Notes: generated from the sequence alone by a model not told the origin. 64,000 nt of DNA from Nymphaea colorata (GCF_008831285.2 NC_045138.2:13516001-13580000), one strand, 5' to 3'. Counted from the stretch's first letter, positions 13,660 to 26,526 are shown. A program made the numbers and translations.

Positions 13660-15714
13660 AAACAAGGAGGCGGATAACAAGGAAAAGCAACCAAGGGCCA
13701 CATGCCACATCCCATGAAGTGTACTTTGTAAAAGGAAGGTCCTTTTCTATTATGTGTAATTGCCAGATGTAAGTGCAAGCTTTTAGAAAATTAGAAAAAG
13801 CTTTCATGAAACTTGTTGCCGTGACAAAAGTTGTGGAGTTATTAAAATTGGATTAAGCTAGCTGTTTCCAAGAAATGGAGCGATTTAGTCCAATTGCTTG
13901 TGCATGTGAAAGACAGCTCAATGATCCATGTCTATAGAAAGACGTCATAAAAAAGAAAAGAAAGCGAAAAAAGAGAGAGATCCAAGGAGCTGATAAAAAA
14001 GAAACACCCTGCTACGGCGGAGAACTTGCAATTGCAAAGCATGCGGGCCTCCCTGCATCACATTCTGCAAGCGCCACTGCGAAGTTCGATTAACGGTGTC
14101 AGAGATGGGACTGGGCTTTCAGAAGCAATCGCGTCAGTTCCAGAGTCCCGTGGCTCATTTGAATGCTGCGATGGTCTCTCAGAACTTGCCAGCAATAACT
14201 TTTGATCCCCTTCACGAAGCAGAAGCTGCTTTTCCTTCTGCAATCAACAATTTTCTCTCAGAAGCACTTTTCATTTTGATGAGGCATATATGGGCAACTT
14301 TGCATTGCCCTGCTGGAACAAACTGCAAAAACTCAGAGCAGAGGAGCCCATTCTAGAATTGCTGCGGCGAGTGTCGATCTTTTTTTTTTTGCTGAGAATG
14401 GGACAGCATTCCAGCACTAGGATCCACTGTTGTTTGCCAAATTGAGATGGACCACACCAAGGATAAGAATATCCTATATATATATATATATTAATGAAAT
14501 TCAGAGAACTACAATATGACTGTAATTGCCGTAGGTATGCGGTCCAAATAGAATAACATGCTAGCAATGGAAATAAGGGAAAGAAATGCACAGAAGATCT
14601 TATGTGAAAAACTCTCATAAAGAAGCGAAAAGACCAGATATCAAACAAGGGAGGCAGCGCTTTCAAATTCTTTGAAGTCATGGTGCTCCCTCTCTCTCTC
14701 TGTCTCTCTTTCCCGTCTTTGAAGGTACCAATGAATAATGTAATTCTTAGCATGATGCATGTCCATACTACGAAGTGAAACAACGCGAATTTCAATACCA
14801 TCATCTCAAAGAAAGGAAGAGGGTAACATGAGCCCAGTCAGATGCTTGACGACATTTGATTACACCATTAAAATGGGGAATGACCAAGTCAATCACCTCC
14901 TGCGCTTAGTGTGACGCGACATAGGTCCCATACACCACATTTTTCTATATCTCGTGGCGGTTAAGTCAATAAAACAAACAGTTTCTCCGCATCATTCACT
15001 TGAACGCCTGGTGTTTACGGCGTCAGGGTTCTTGTTTTTCTTTTGCCTGTTCTTTTGATCGGCGAGAGGGACTTAGGAGGATTCCGAGCATGTTTTACGT
15101 TTCATGTACCTTCAGCATCACATGAAAACCCATGCACTTTGATGGTGGTAACGGGTAACCATGACACATGATGATCGATTTTTGCATCTGCAAGTGACAG
15201 TCGACAATCTTAACTGCAACGATGTACGTATACCTCTATGATGATATTGATGGTGATACCTCCGCAGCAACACCGTAGAAATTATGCTACCAATTTTTGC
15301 CCGCTTACAGTGAATGCGATCATCAGCGTGATACGATATGCATAACAACATATATTGCAAAATGAACCACAGTCTGCTTTTAGCTCAAACAAGCTCTGAT
15401 TGATTAGCAGCTTTCTCCTATGTGCGTTGATCCGGTGGAACAAACAATGGTGCAGTCGATGGCTGCTCTGTCCAAAAATGATATCAACAGTTGGAAACGT
15501 ACCAATTCCGAGTTAATTTCTTAAGGCTGGCCGCTCTCTCGTTCATGATGTTGAGAAAGATGGCTAAAGCTGCCATAACCAGCTAATTTTTGCATCAGTA
15601 AGCAGGGGTAGGCAGGAGATCACTAAAAACCCCCTCTATTTCTTATGCATCTTTATTGTACTGGCCTGAATATGCGTGATAGAAACTAGGGAGGTGAGCT
15701 AGGGAGGTGAGCTC

Positions 15715-16693
15715 TGTTAAAAAACATAAAGCAATAATAAAAAAAAACTTAGGGAATTAAGGTAGAGCATATTTTCTTTAAGGTCATCTGCAAGCCATCT
15801 TTGGGCGTTGATCTTCTTCTTTAAGCATCTGATACCATGTTGAAAAACATAAAGCAATAATAGAAAAAAACTTAAGGAATTAACGTAGAGCATATTTTCT
15901 TTACCCACGAAAGGCCATAGGCCTTGACATTGACAAAGTATGTCAATCTTTTATATAGGCATTACAGATGAGATAACTCTTTATTTTAAGGAGCTGTTAC
16001 AAGATATTCATTATCAACAAAACCGTTCCTTGATTTTTGTTATAACTGTTTCCATAATTCATCATCTTGATTTTTGTCATGATCCTTTCCAAATGATCTT
16101 TACCATGATGTTGGCATCCTTATCATATGTGTGTGCCGTTAACCATCATTCTTTTCATCTTCCTTCAAATTGGACGGTGTTTCACAAAGTTCAAATTTGT
16201 TATGGAGATTTTGTGGAGATGGATCATGCTCTGGCAGCAATTCAGAAATCTCAAGTTTGATTCTTGAAGATTTTGTTCACAGGATCGAGTCCTCGCTTTG
16301 GTGAAGAATGCAGCGATCTCTTTGGTCATCTGCAAACCATCTTTGGGCGTTGATCTTCTTCTTTAAGCATCCTGCTCTGATACCATGTTGAAAAATATAA
16401 AGCAATAATAGAAAAAAACTTAGGGAATTAACGTAGAGCATATTTTCTTTACCCACGGAAGGCCATCGGCCTTAACATTGACAAAGTATGTCAATCTCTT
16501 ATATAGGCATTACAGATGAGATAACTCTTTATTTTAAGGAGCTGTTACAAGATATTCATTATCATCAAAACCGTTTCTTGATTTTTGCTGTAACTGTTTT
16601 CATAATCCATCACCTTAATTTTTGCCATATCCTTTTCAAATGATCTTTACCATGATGTTGGCATCCTTATGCCGTTAACCATCATTCTTTTCA
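15715..16693 (-). mobile_element. Terminal-repeat retrotransposon in miniature (TRIM), tandem-array form: LTR 16386-16693, internal 16158-16385, LTR 15838-16157, partial third unit 15715-15837
   Basis: TG...CA LTRs of 308 and 320 bp. tRNA-iMet PBS TGGTATCAGAGC on the minus strand at 16374-16385, with a shorter copy ending at 15837. Purine tract GAAGGAAGA lies before the next LTR, and each LTR has a TATA box. Perfect 5-bp TSD AGCTC at 15710-14 and 16694-98. No coding capacity. Confidence 0.92.
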
Positions 16694-19072
16694 AGCTCCT
16701 CCTGAAAATAATCATGCTTAACCCGTTGGAATGTACTTTCTTGACCTTAGATTGGTACATCTATAGCTTATGAGAATCAAATTAATCTTGATCTTCAATG
16801 CGTACAGACATCGAATATCTATACGGACATTAATGCATATGCTTTTCCAAACGACAGGAAGGCTGTTCCTCAGCCCGGTCCGATGTGAAACCCACGTCTA
16901 ATTACTGAGTTCAAATAAAGGTTAAAAAAACTGAGTCGGATCAATCTCTGAATAGCTTATTCACCCAAATCATGGCTTGAAATGCATGTTCGGCTTCCGC
17001 AGGCTAGTTTGCATTCTTGCCCATTTTCCTTTGGTTCTCAATCAGAAAGAAGACACTGGCCGCCATTTGATGGGGCACCTTCAGCTATAGGCCAAAATGG
17101 TTATCATGATATGTGACCCTTCATTACCAACAAAGTCGGGTCCTTCGGAAGTGCCTCCTCCCTTGAAAACGACGAAACTCTTGATATATTGTTTTCATGC
17201 GAAGGAAACACGCAACAAACTTGTGATACCCTTCAGCTTGAATGCCTCATTCCATCAACCAAGGATGAGAGGCCATGTATGTTGAGAAATTGATGCTGGG
17301 CCCTGTTAGCTTATGTTTAGAAGACGAGATATTGAAGGGAAGTGGTATCTAATGCCAGCGACGAGGATGCTTTGGTTAGTCTATACAATGACTCACGGTA
17401 CTGGGTAATGCTTTTGAATTTGTTTTTCCATGATGCTCAGTCCTGAAGTTAATGTGCTTGGCAAAATTGAGGACTGTATACCAATCTGATAAGGGGTGTG
17501 AAAGTAGTCGGCCATGACATGCACACTGAATGCGTTCCTTGCATTTCTAATCAAACCGAGAGCTCAATCGAGTATAGCTTCCAAGCGTTATACGCCATCT
17601 GAAACATTTAAAAAAGCCTGAGTCGCAAGTGTTTTTCCTTTTTCCTTTTTGATCGAGAGGAAACAGGTGTTTTTATTTTTCATATAATCCATCACTAAGG
17701 TGTAAATGTATTTTTTCCTTATATTGTTTGTTCACGAAAGCGACGACGTGACTTGATTTCTTCTCGTAAAAAGCATGTCTCTGCTTCATTTTGGTAAGAT
17801 ACGAGTGCGGAGTGCCTTCATTTCAGGGGTTTACGTTACTGGGGAGGCGGCCAAGTGTCTCTGCAATGAAAGAAATTTTAAAGAAATACCATGAGTAACC
17901 AATATTGCGGGTCAAGCCATGATCGCAATCCTGTGGTACGTATAAAAATTAGTTTAAGGATTTAAAAATGGACTTGAGGAAAAGCCTGATCATGAAACGT
18001 TTTGGTTGATGGCGCTAGCTTCAGATACTCATTGTAGAAGATTTGAGAAAGTATGCAATTATGAGCAACAAGACCGAGCTTATTGCTGTCGTGCTAACCG
18101 GAACGATCAGCTGTAGGTTTGCGACGACTCGGTTTTGCGGAGGGGTTCATCCTGGACCTTTCTCAAAAACATTGGACCGAAGTAAGTATTCTCGCTCGAA
18201 AGTAGTGCATCCTTCTTGTATGTGAAAATATAAGTAAAATAAGGAGTTTGTGATTTGGTCCTTCCATCCTTCTGGTGAGTTTGGATTAGGCAGATTTTTA
18301 ACGGATTAGGCCAAGAGAGACATCCTTCTACTCAAAGGTTCTAAGCTGTGATCGACCGGCCTCTGGCTAAAAAACGTTTTATACTCCCAAGTTTCTTGAA
18401 GGAAATTCTGCGTGCAAGCGAAGAATACCGAACAGGAAGGGAATGAAAGGATGTACGCAGTAGTAAAAGAATCCCCATAGTCATAATGAGCTTATACTCA
18501 TGTGGAGTTTCAGGTTTTTGTCAATTTCAAATGCTGCTGAATTGAGCAATGTAGTCACCGTTGCTAGTAAGGGGTATCCTTGTGGGCTGTGAGTTTGCGT
18601 TCATGGTAGGATAATAAACCGCCTTTAGTCGTTTTACCATCCATATCTTGCGAGGAGGTTGCGTGTTTGTTCGGGCCAGTCAATGGAATGGCTCATACAT
18701 TGAGTCTTGCAGAACAATACCAATTGTTTATTTACATGTTGATACCTGTTTTCTCATTTGCTTGCTGGTGCTCTTTGAAAATCTAAACTAATTTGAAGTA
18801 ATAGTGACTCTCAGCCAGAAACTTGTAGCTCAGCCATTGGGCTGAGGCCCCTCACTACGTGACACAGACTCCCAATGGTTAAGTCACGTCACTTTGATCA
18901 ATTCTACTCACGCTGTTCCAGACTGACCTTGTTTTTTCGCGATCAAGCTCAAGCAAGCCTGAAAACAAGAAAACTTTGGCAGAAAATATTCCGTGAGAAC
19001 TCGTTCTTTGAGGCAAACATCTTGAGGGGATGCAAGACGCTTCCAAACTATCTCCTTTCGTGGAAAATTTTG

Positions 19073-19513
19073 GATGCGTTTGATGCACGGGGAAAAGAAA
19101 AACCATGAACTTTTTACCATGGAAAAATTTTCTTGGAATAGGGTGGAAGGGAATCTTTTTCCACCGATTCCAATTTTCGTTTGGTAGACCCAGAAAATAT
19201 TTCTAGAAAAAACATTCAAATGTTTCGCAGACATGGAAAAAAATTTCCTGGATAAAATATTAAATCACCTCTTCCAAAAAAACGAACCATTAACACCCAT
19301 AATAATAAACGAAGCAACTCAAAGCAACCAAACCATACTCTCTCTCTAGCTTCTGTGTTAAGTTCCATCAGCAGTAGCAGTAGCAGGACAGCCTTGAAAT
19401 GTTCAACCAGATTCGAGGAAATTTTTTCATCGTTTGGTTAACGGAGAAAAAATTCCGTGATTTTGTGGAAAGAAGTTCGTCGCCGACTTTTTTCCGGGTG
19501 CATCAAATGGGCC
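19073..19513. mobile_element. Tourist/PIF-Harbinger-like MITE
   Basis: Left GATGCGTTTGATGCACGGGGAAAA versus right (reverse-complemented) GGCCCATTTGATGCACCCGGAAAA, followed by TTA. The left terminus is degenerate. Confidence 0.55.
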
Positions 19514-20523
19514 TTACGGCCTTATAGTTAAAATTGAACACGTTAAGATTCTGCCAGCAGCCTTGGCTCCCTCGACTGTGGAAGACAAGTAAGGGTGCAC
19601 TTCGTTAATTTGGTTTTTGAATCGATGTTTTTCTGTTTTTGGCTGCAGAAAAAACGATGCTAATATGATTTCCTGTTCATTTTATTCACTCGAATCAGAT
19701 CCATTTGCACCCTTTGGGGGATCTCTGGCATGAAGCCTAGTCAATAGGAACGACTAGCTCAAACGTAAGTATATCCACTACATGTATCCAATTAATTCGC
19801 TACATGATAGTGTTTTCTCTAGCTCAAATATGGAAGCATATTTTACTCCCAAGTCGGTTTCTCCTGCATCTCTCGCCAGGATTTTACACCCACAAATGTA
19901 AAAAAGAAACTACGTGGGAGCAAACGAGGAAAGACATCGTATTCTGTACCTCAAAGAAGAGAGATGTTCAAAGAGATGTAACGCGACTTTCAATCAAATG
20001 CAGAAACAAATCTTACATTTGCTCACGATAGTCCGTATGAAACTCTTAAAATGGACGAAAATCTGATCAAAGATGGCAAATGAACCATTTTGTTAAACAA
20101 TTAGCTTACCATGCACGCAGTCTGAGTCCATATGGCAAATGACCACCATCCAAAAATGAAATTAACAAAGAGGTGTTCCATGACTGCGCTCAAATTTCGA
20201 TCAACTTTTCATCTACCAAGTCCATTTTCCAATTGAAACACATAGAGCAAATTTTGCGGTCGCATATTTTGGAAAACTCGGGGCATTATTTCTTTTATAA
20301 AATATTATTTTAGTTCCTTTTCACTGTTTAAAAAGAAGAAATTACATGGCTCTCAGATTCCAAAGCCAGCTCCCAGATATGCCAACTCATGTTACCTCAT
20401 GCTTCATACAGCCGCCGCAGCCGCCAACGTGCTTTAAAAGGCCAATCCGTGGCAAAAGCAACCACCATTAATGCCTCTGTTGCGGAGAGAGAGAGATAAG
20501 AGGGGGAGAGAAGGGAAGGAGCG

Positions 20524-23500
20524 ATGGCTACAGGCAGTAACCAGATCTGGCCTGGTAAGGAATTCGTGTCGCAGCATCGTCTTTTTCTCTTTGTTGGTCT
20601 TCCTTGTTTTGCTTTTTCTTCTTCAGCTCTATACTCATGTAGTTTCTCCATGTTTTTGCTTTGAAGCGAATGGAGGGTTCACATTGGCACAATGGCAACA
20701 GCTTCAGCTACAACAGAAGGTATTTAGGTATATCAGAGCGAGGCTTCGTGTGCCCGTGGACCTCATTGCCCGTCTGGGGTGCCAACACGGTGAACATAAT
20801 TGCTGCTTTCAGAGCCATTGCTTTAGTGGTCAACGCTACCACCCTTGTGGTTAGTTCTTTTCCTCTTTATCTTCATCACTTCCACATCACCCTCTTCATT
20901 TTCTCTGTTCTTCTTGAGGTGTTATCCTTGAATGTACTTAAATTTTATTGTTTTCAATTTTTGGGCCCATGTACTTTAGTTGTTCGCATATTTAGAAGAT
21001 CGTTCATTTCCATCTTTTGATATGCATTCGGGTTCCATCTTTTTGCTAATAACTTTCGCTTCCTTCTTTTTCTGTAATTTTCCATCAATACTTAATTTGC
21101 AGTGTCAGCCAACGGAAATGACATAATATTACTATATGCAAAGTTGCATAACTTTTCCCCAATAGATGATGAACAGGAGTCAACGACTAAAATGTTCGAA
21201 TCTTCTAGTTCTAAAGTCAGCTTTATTTAATTTGCATATTCGCACGTGTTTTCATTAAAAAATGTTGGACTTTTCGTTTTGGAAAGGTAAACCTTTGGAT
21301 TGGTTTCTAAAAAACTTTGCTGCTAATTAAGTTCGTTCACTTGTACTTGGCATTTAGTCATTTTTGAAGGTCAGTTATCTCATTTGATTCTCTGCCTAAT
21401 CCAGTTTGCTCGATGGAGGCAAATAGTGCGTGAAACCACCAGTACTCCTATGACCAGATAAGCCAAGCTAGGAAAAAGTCTTATGATAAAATAAGAACAT
21501 TATATCTTGAAATACATGTTCCTTGTAATACATATTTCAAGAATGTCATGTTCTTGTTTCAATAAACTGGTGTAATTATGTTCATCATTTGATTTTTGGA
21601 TCTAAAAACAATATCCTAATACCATAGTGTTTCCAGGAATAAATACATGGTGTTTTTTAGATTCTGTACTCTAAGAACACAACGTTTTTGTCAAATACCC
21701 TCCCTTTTTGCCATGTGATAATCTTTATGTTTGCTAGGATGTATAAGTTACTTTTTGGATGAAAATGTTTCGCATGCCAGCTCCTAAAGTGGGTTAGAGT
21801 CATGAGGATTGATTTCTTAGTCATAAATACTTATTAATATTGCTATATTACGAAATGGATTTTTTTTTTTTAACCCAGTAGTAAATATCAATGTGTAATT
21901 TTGATTTTCCAGTCCTATGGTGCACTTGTGCCGTAATTCCAAAGGTAAGTGTACACAATTAAGTGAGGTTTGGGCTGCTCATTTCTATATCCATCATGGC
22001 CCAAACCTACCTAACTTTTTATTCGGTCTGCACCTAAAATTTAGACCAGGGCGGTTTAGAGTTTACCACGTCCTCGTTAAAGGTGGTACATGGAAGTAGC
22101 CATATGAACTATTCTATCCAAATTAAAATTATTAGAAACTTAAGTTAGCTGACATGACCGTATTCCACCAGGATAACAACTCGCCATCCCTCAGAAAATA
22201 TCTAAACAACACTTTGTATTTTGTTGCTACCACAACAGAGATTCAAGGACATGTTTCTCGGATTACACCGAATGGAAGGAGGGGATCAAGGAGGTCAAAA
22301 AAAGTTGTGAGAGACCAGGCACACCGCCATGAAGGACCAAACAAAATGGCGGGCGATGAGGTAGGAGAACCTTCACAACCCGTGGCACCAACCAATCTTC
22401 AATCGACGGATGCACCACTGCATGATTTATCCATGGAGGGCTCAGTTGACAGGGCTACATGTCGACCATCTTCTCCTAATACCCACTCTGATGAAAAGAC
22501 AGAGAGCAATGACCTATCCATTTCCGAACCAGTAGATGGCACCAACAATAGAAGCACTCTACCTGCACCTTCTTCATGTACAAGCCAAAGTCCATCCTCC
22601 TTTCTTTTGGTCTTACCCTTACCAACAGAAACGCCAAAGGGCTTAGCACCATTTGAAACAGAGAATTCAGGCGTATACTCATCGGCTACTCAAAGTGATC
22701 ACCTGTCAATTTTCCAATCAGTAGATAACATCAACAACGAAAGCAACATACCTGCGCTTTCTTTACCAACAAGCCAAGGCCCAACCTCCTCTCCTTTGGT
22801 CTTATCGTTACCAATAGAAATCTCCAAGGGCTTAGCACCATTTGAAACTAAAAATGCAGACGTAGACTCGTCGGCCACCGAGAGTGATGACCTATCAATT
22901 CCCCAACCAGTAGATGACATCAACAGCAGAAGCTTCATACCCATGTCTTCTACAAGCTCAGGTCCATCCTCCCCTCCTTTGTTCTTAGCTTTAACAACAA
23001 AAACAAAAACCTCAGGGGTACCATTTGAAACCGAGAATGTAGGCACAGAATCATTGGCCACTGAGAGTTCTGACCTATCAATTCCCCAACCAGTAGATAG
23101 CATCAACAAAAGAAGCTCCACATCCTCGCCGCCTTTGCCAACTAGCTTAGGCCCTTCCTCTCCTTTGCACTTCGCTTTACCAGCAAAAACGAAAATCTCT
23201 AGAGGCTTAGCACCATTTGAAATTGACAATGCAGGTGTGAACTCATTAGCCACCGAGAATGACAATCTATCAATTATTCAACCACCAGAAGGCATCAACA
23301 ACAGAAGCCTTATACCCACGCGTTCCTTGCCAACAAGCTCATGTCCATCCTCCTCTCCTTTAGTCTTAGCTTTACCAGCAAACACAAAAACCTCGAGGGG
23401 CTTAGCACCATTTGAAACTGAGAATGCAGGTGTAGACTCACCGACCACGGAGAGTGACGTCCTATCAATTCACCAACCAGTAGACGGCATGAACAACAGA

Positions 23501-25337
23501 AACTACTCCTTAATCACACCTTCTTTGCCAACAAGCTTAGGACTATCCCCCTCTCATTTGGTCATAGTTTTACCAACAAAAACAAAAATACCCAGGGGCT
23601 CAGGATTATTGGAAACCAAGAATGCAGGTGTGGTCTCATCAATGACGGACGCCCTTTGTCGAGTAAAGACAATAGGTGCTACGCCATATGGCTACTCAGC
23701 TCCATCATCTCTAACATTTTCCACTCCGCGAAGGAGTCATGTTTTGATTAGACCAACAGATATCAGAAACATCAGAGTTTCAAACCCTTCTAAGCGATTG
23801 AGAATGTCTACTTGGTATTCATCATTAGTAAGTGGTACACCACCCTCATCTACAGCACCAACATCTGGCCATTCTTTACTTGCACAAGCTGAAGGAATTC
23901 CTGCAAGTATGTCTACGTGGGTCTCAAGGCCTAATGCACAGGTCTTCCAAGAAGCCACACCTAGGGCACCAAGCACTGGTGTTCCTGCAAATCGCGCCCC
24001 CAACTCATCATCAACAAAAACTGCATCATTGAGAGAACATTGTGCTCCTTGGTTGGCAAAACAGAGAAAGGCTGCCAAACCTCCTTATGTCCTAGCTTTA
24101 GCAGCCCAAAGGGTCGTCAACAACAAGAGGAAGAAAAGGAGGTAATTTGCTTTCTCTCTTGATTCGCATTTTGATTGTCGTTTCATTGTTGCTTCCTTTA
24201 GTTGTCAAAGTTCGTGTGCTACATGTAACTTGATATGAAGCCACAAGGACTATGCATATAAGTGAATCAGATTTAGTTCATCACCATTCTCCAAGTTTAC
24301 ATAATGGGGTGAAAACGGTCTCACGTTTTATTTGGATATTGTGAATTTATATGAAAATGGGCTTACATGAGCCTCACAAAAATAATAGTGTAATATGCTT
24401 GTAGCAAAGCAAATGCAAGTTCAACTTTAGTTACTTAACTATCGTACTGGTAATCATTCAGAAACATGGAAGCTACAACAACTAATCAAGAAACTCAAGC
24501 TGCTGCTCCGACCCGGTATGTGTCGTGCCTCTTTGCCTTTTGTTGTAATTAAATTCATCTTAGGTTCTAAAGCTAACTGATGCAGGAAGAAAGATCGATT
24601 GACTGCCAACCAAAACGGCAGCAGTTCTTGTAGAGGAAATGTCAACAGAGAAGAAGAAGGCACTAAAACCCAAGCAACCGCAGATGCAGCTATGTCCACA
24701 CATTCTACACCAGCTCTGACAGATTCCAACATTGGCGTGGCTACCAGCTCTGCTACATCACTTATTACTGAGCTTCTCAATGCTTCAATTACACGGAGGT
24801 CTTCCAACAACACTTAATTTGCTTGATACAAGGATTTTTGTCATTTACTCTCAGGTCAAGTTTTCATCTTTTCTTTATAGCTATTTCTAAATCACTGTCA
24901 TGATTAATCTTTTATGATTGTGCAGCAATCAAATTCAATGTGCCTCTCAGAAAGGGTACATTGAAGAAGTTCCTCCTCAAAGAAGATGTCTTCGTAATAA
25001 CAGTTCAAAGAAGGAGTACGTCTACCATCCATTCTATCGTGACACTCCAGATGAACTACAAGCAGTTTTTTGTGCTTCCATGCCCACATTGTCAATTACA
25101 GCAAGTGCCACATCCCCTTCAACAAATTGTGTATCCATTGCATTTCATGCCGATTTATCTGACAAAAAAACAGGATTGAGATTCATAGTTCCATCTGATC
25201 CTAACTCTGACGTTTCCTTCCAAGTCTCTGAACCGAAAGCCCAGCCAAAAGAAGAGACACAAACCCCTCTACAAGGACTGAATCTTGAGATGATCCCAGT
25301 TGTCTCAGAAAAAGAAGTGCACGTCATAGAACCCTGA
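20524..25337 (+). CDS. Atypical QLQ-domain protein (GRF-derived-like) with a long Ser/Pro/Thr repeat region; proposed exons 20524-20554, 20667-20849, 22239-24141, 24586-24798, 24925-25337 (internal and 3' model uncertain)
   Basis: Exons 1 and 2 splice in frame to MATGSNQIWPANGGFTLAQWQQLQLQQKVFRYIRARLRVPVDLI, a QLQ motif. The phase-1 donor at 20850 is compatible with the acceptor in front of the 663-codon ORF. Phase-2 joins continue into ORFs 24599-24817 and 24918-25337; the donor at 24799 is weak. Extra candidate exons at ~21103-21215 and ~21913-21944 are unresolved. Confidence 0.6.
22499..23647 (+). repeat. Six diverged in-frame tandem repeats of ~185-195 bp (~61-66 aa) inside the long ORF
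   Basis: Recurring unit TESxDLSIxQPVDxINNRS..LPTSxGPSSSPLVLALP..K.S(K/R)GLAPFETENAGVDS. All indels between units preserve frame. Confidence 0.92.
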
Positions 25338-26526
25338 TATGACCAACAATAGCGCCTGATTTGCTTAGCATGCTGTATCGTCTTTCTGGTGTTTTCTTTT
25401 GTACAAGATGGCATCTATCTTCGTTTAGGTTCCTCTTCAGTTTGTTGTGCGCACAATAAGAAACCAACATGCCACCATCGTTTGTTGTTCTTCGCATTCA
25501 TTTTGTATTTGGTCACTTGTTTGACAAAATTGTGGTTTGTGGTGCTCTTTGTGCTTTGCTTGCTATCATTTCATTTGTGTGGAAAATCAACAAGTGCAAT
25601 AACTTGAAAAAAATCAATGTAGTGAGACGTTAGAGGTTGACATTCACATTCTTGGACAAGATTGACGTTCTTTGGTTACATAATATAATGTCTTTCGATG
25701 GGTTCAACCTTCAAAGTAGGCATACCTCTGTCAGTTTGGTCTTATTCCATTGATTCTCTAATACAAGTCCTAATTGTCTGACTTTTACACATATTTTAAT
25801 GTCAGAAGATCCCAGAGCCCAAGTCATGATCTCTATCTCTCTCTCTCTCTGCATCTATTTATCGTTCCAATTTTATTGGATGTCTTCAAAAGCACTTGCA
25901 TTTTTTATGCAATGGGCTCTTTGTTACTAAAAGTGCTCTAGCCTCTTGGTAGCCAGACTGAGAGAAAGAGGAGCCTCAAAGGACTTAGTATAAATGGTTG
26001 GCTGACAGGCAGATGAGAGTCTCATCTGCAATCCATGTTCCAATGCTTGTGAAATTCAATGTAAGTTGGAGATTAACATTCTTCGGCAAGATTGACGTTA
26101 TCGGTACCATCAATATAATGTCTTCCGATTGGTTCAAAGTAATCATGCCGCTTGGCCATTCTAATGAGGGCTTTCTAGTCCTTAGCAGTCATGGAGTTAG
26201 AAAGATGCAAACCATGCAGAGCCCGAGTAGAAACAAAAAAGATCTTTAACCAAGAAATGTTGCCATATCAGACTAATTTTCCAATGGCAGCCAGTCAGCT
26301 TGGAGAATATGAGCCGACTGGCAGAGGTGACTTGGAGAATCATCGTCATATCATGTCAAATTTTCACATCTGGCTCTCTAGTCCTCAAGTCGACATTGAT
26401 GGAAATAATATTGAGAGCAATACAGATAATATCGAAAGAAATAGTGACTGGTAACATGACGCAGCAATCCTAGCCTCCAAAAGTCATCCTGTTTGTACTT
26501 TGATATATTTTCACAAATGAGAGAGG

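Noticed and set aside
14058..15580. Exon-like segments on the minus strand (e.g. ~15110-15187 and ~14058-14237)
   Set aside because: Splice-like boundaries exist, but I could not build a coherent frame or recognise a protein. Needs RNA-seq or BLASTX.
17866..17935. MKEILKKYHE resembling a MADS I-region
   Set aside because: Immediate stop codon and no MADS or K domain nearby.
21405..21435. DGGK*C peptide as a remnant of the WRC DGKKWRC motif
   Set aside because: Too short, contains a stop, and the flanking Cys/His spacing is absent.
22699..24078. Long antisense ORFs (188 aa, 113 aa) and other ORFs opposite real exons
   Set aside because: Shadow frames of the sense coding sequence, with no independent motifs.
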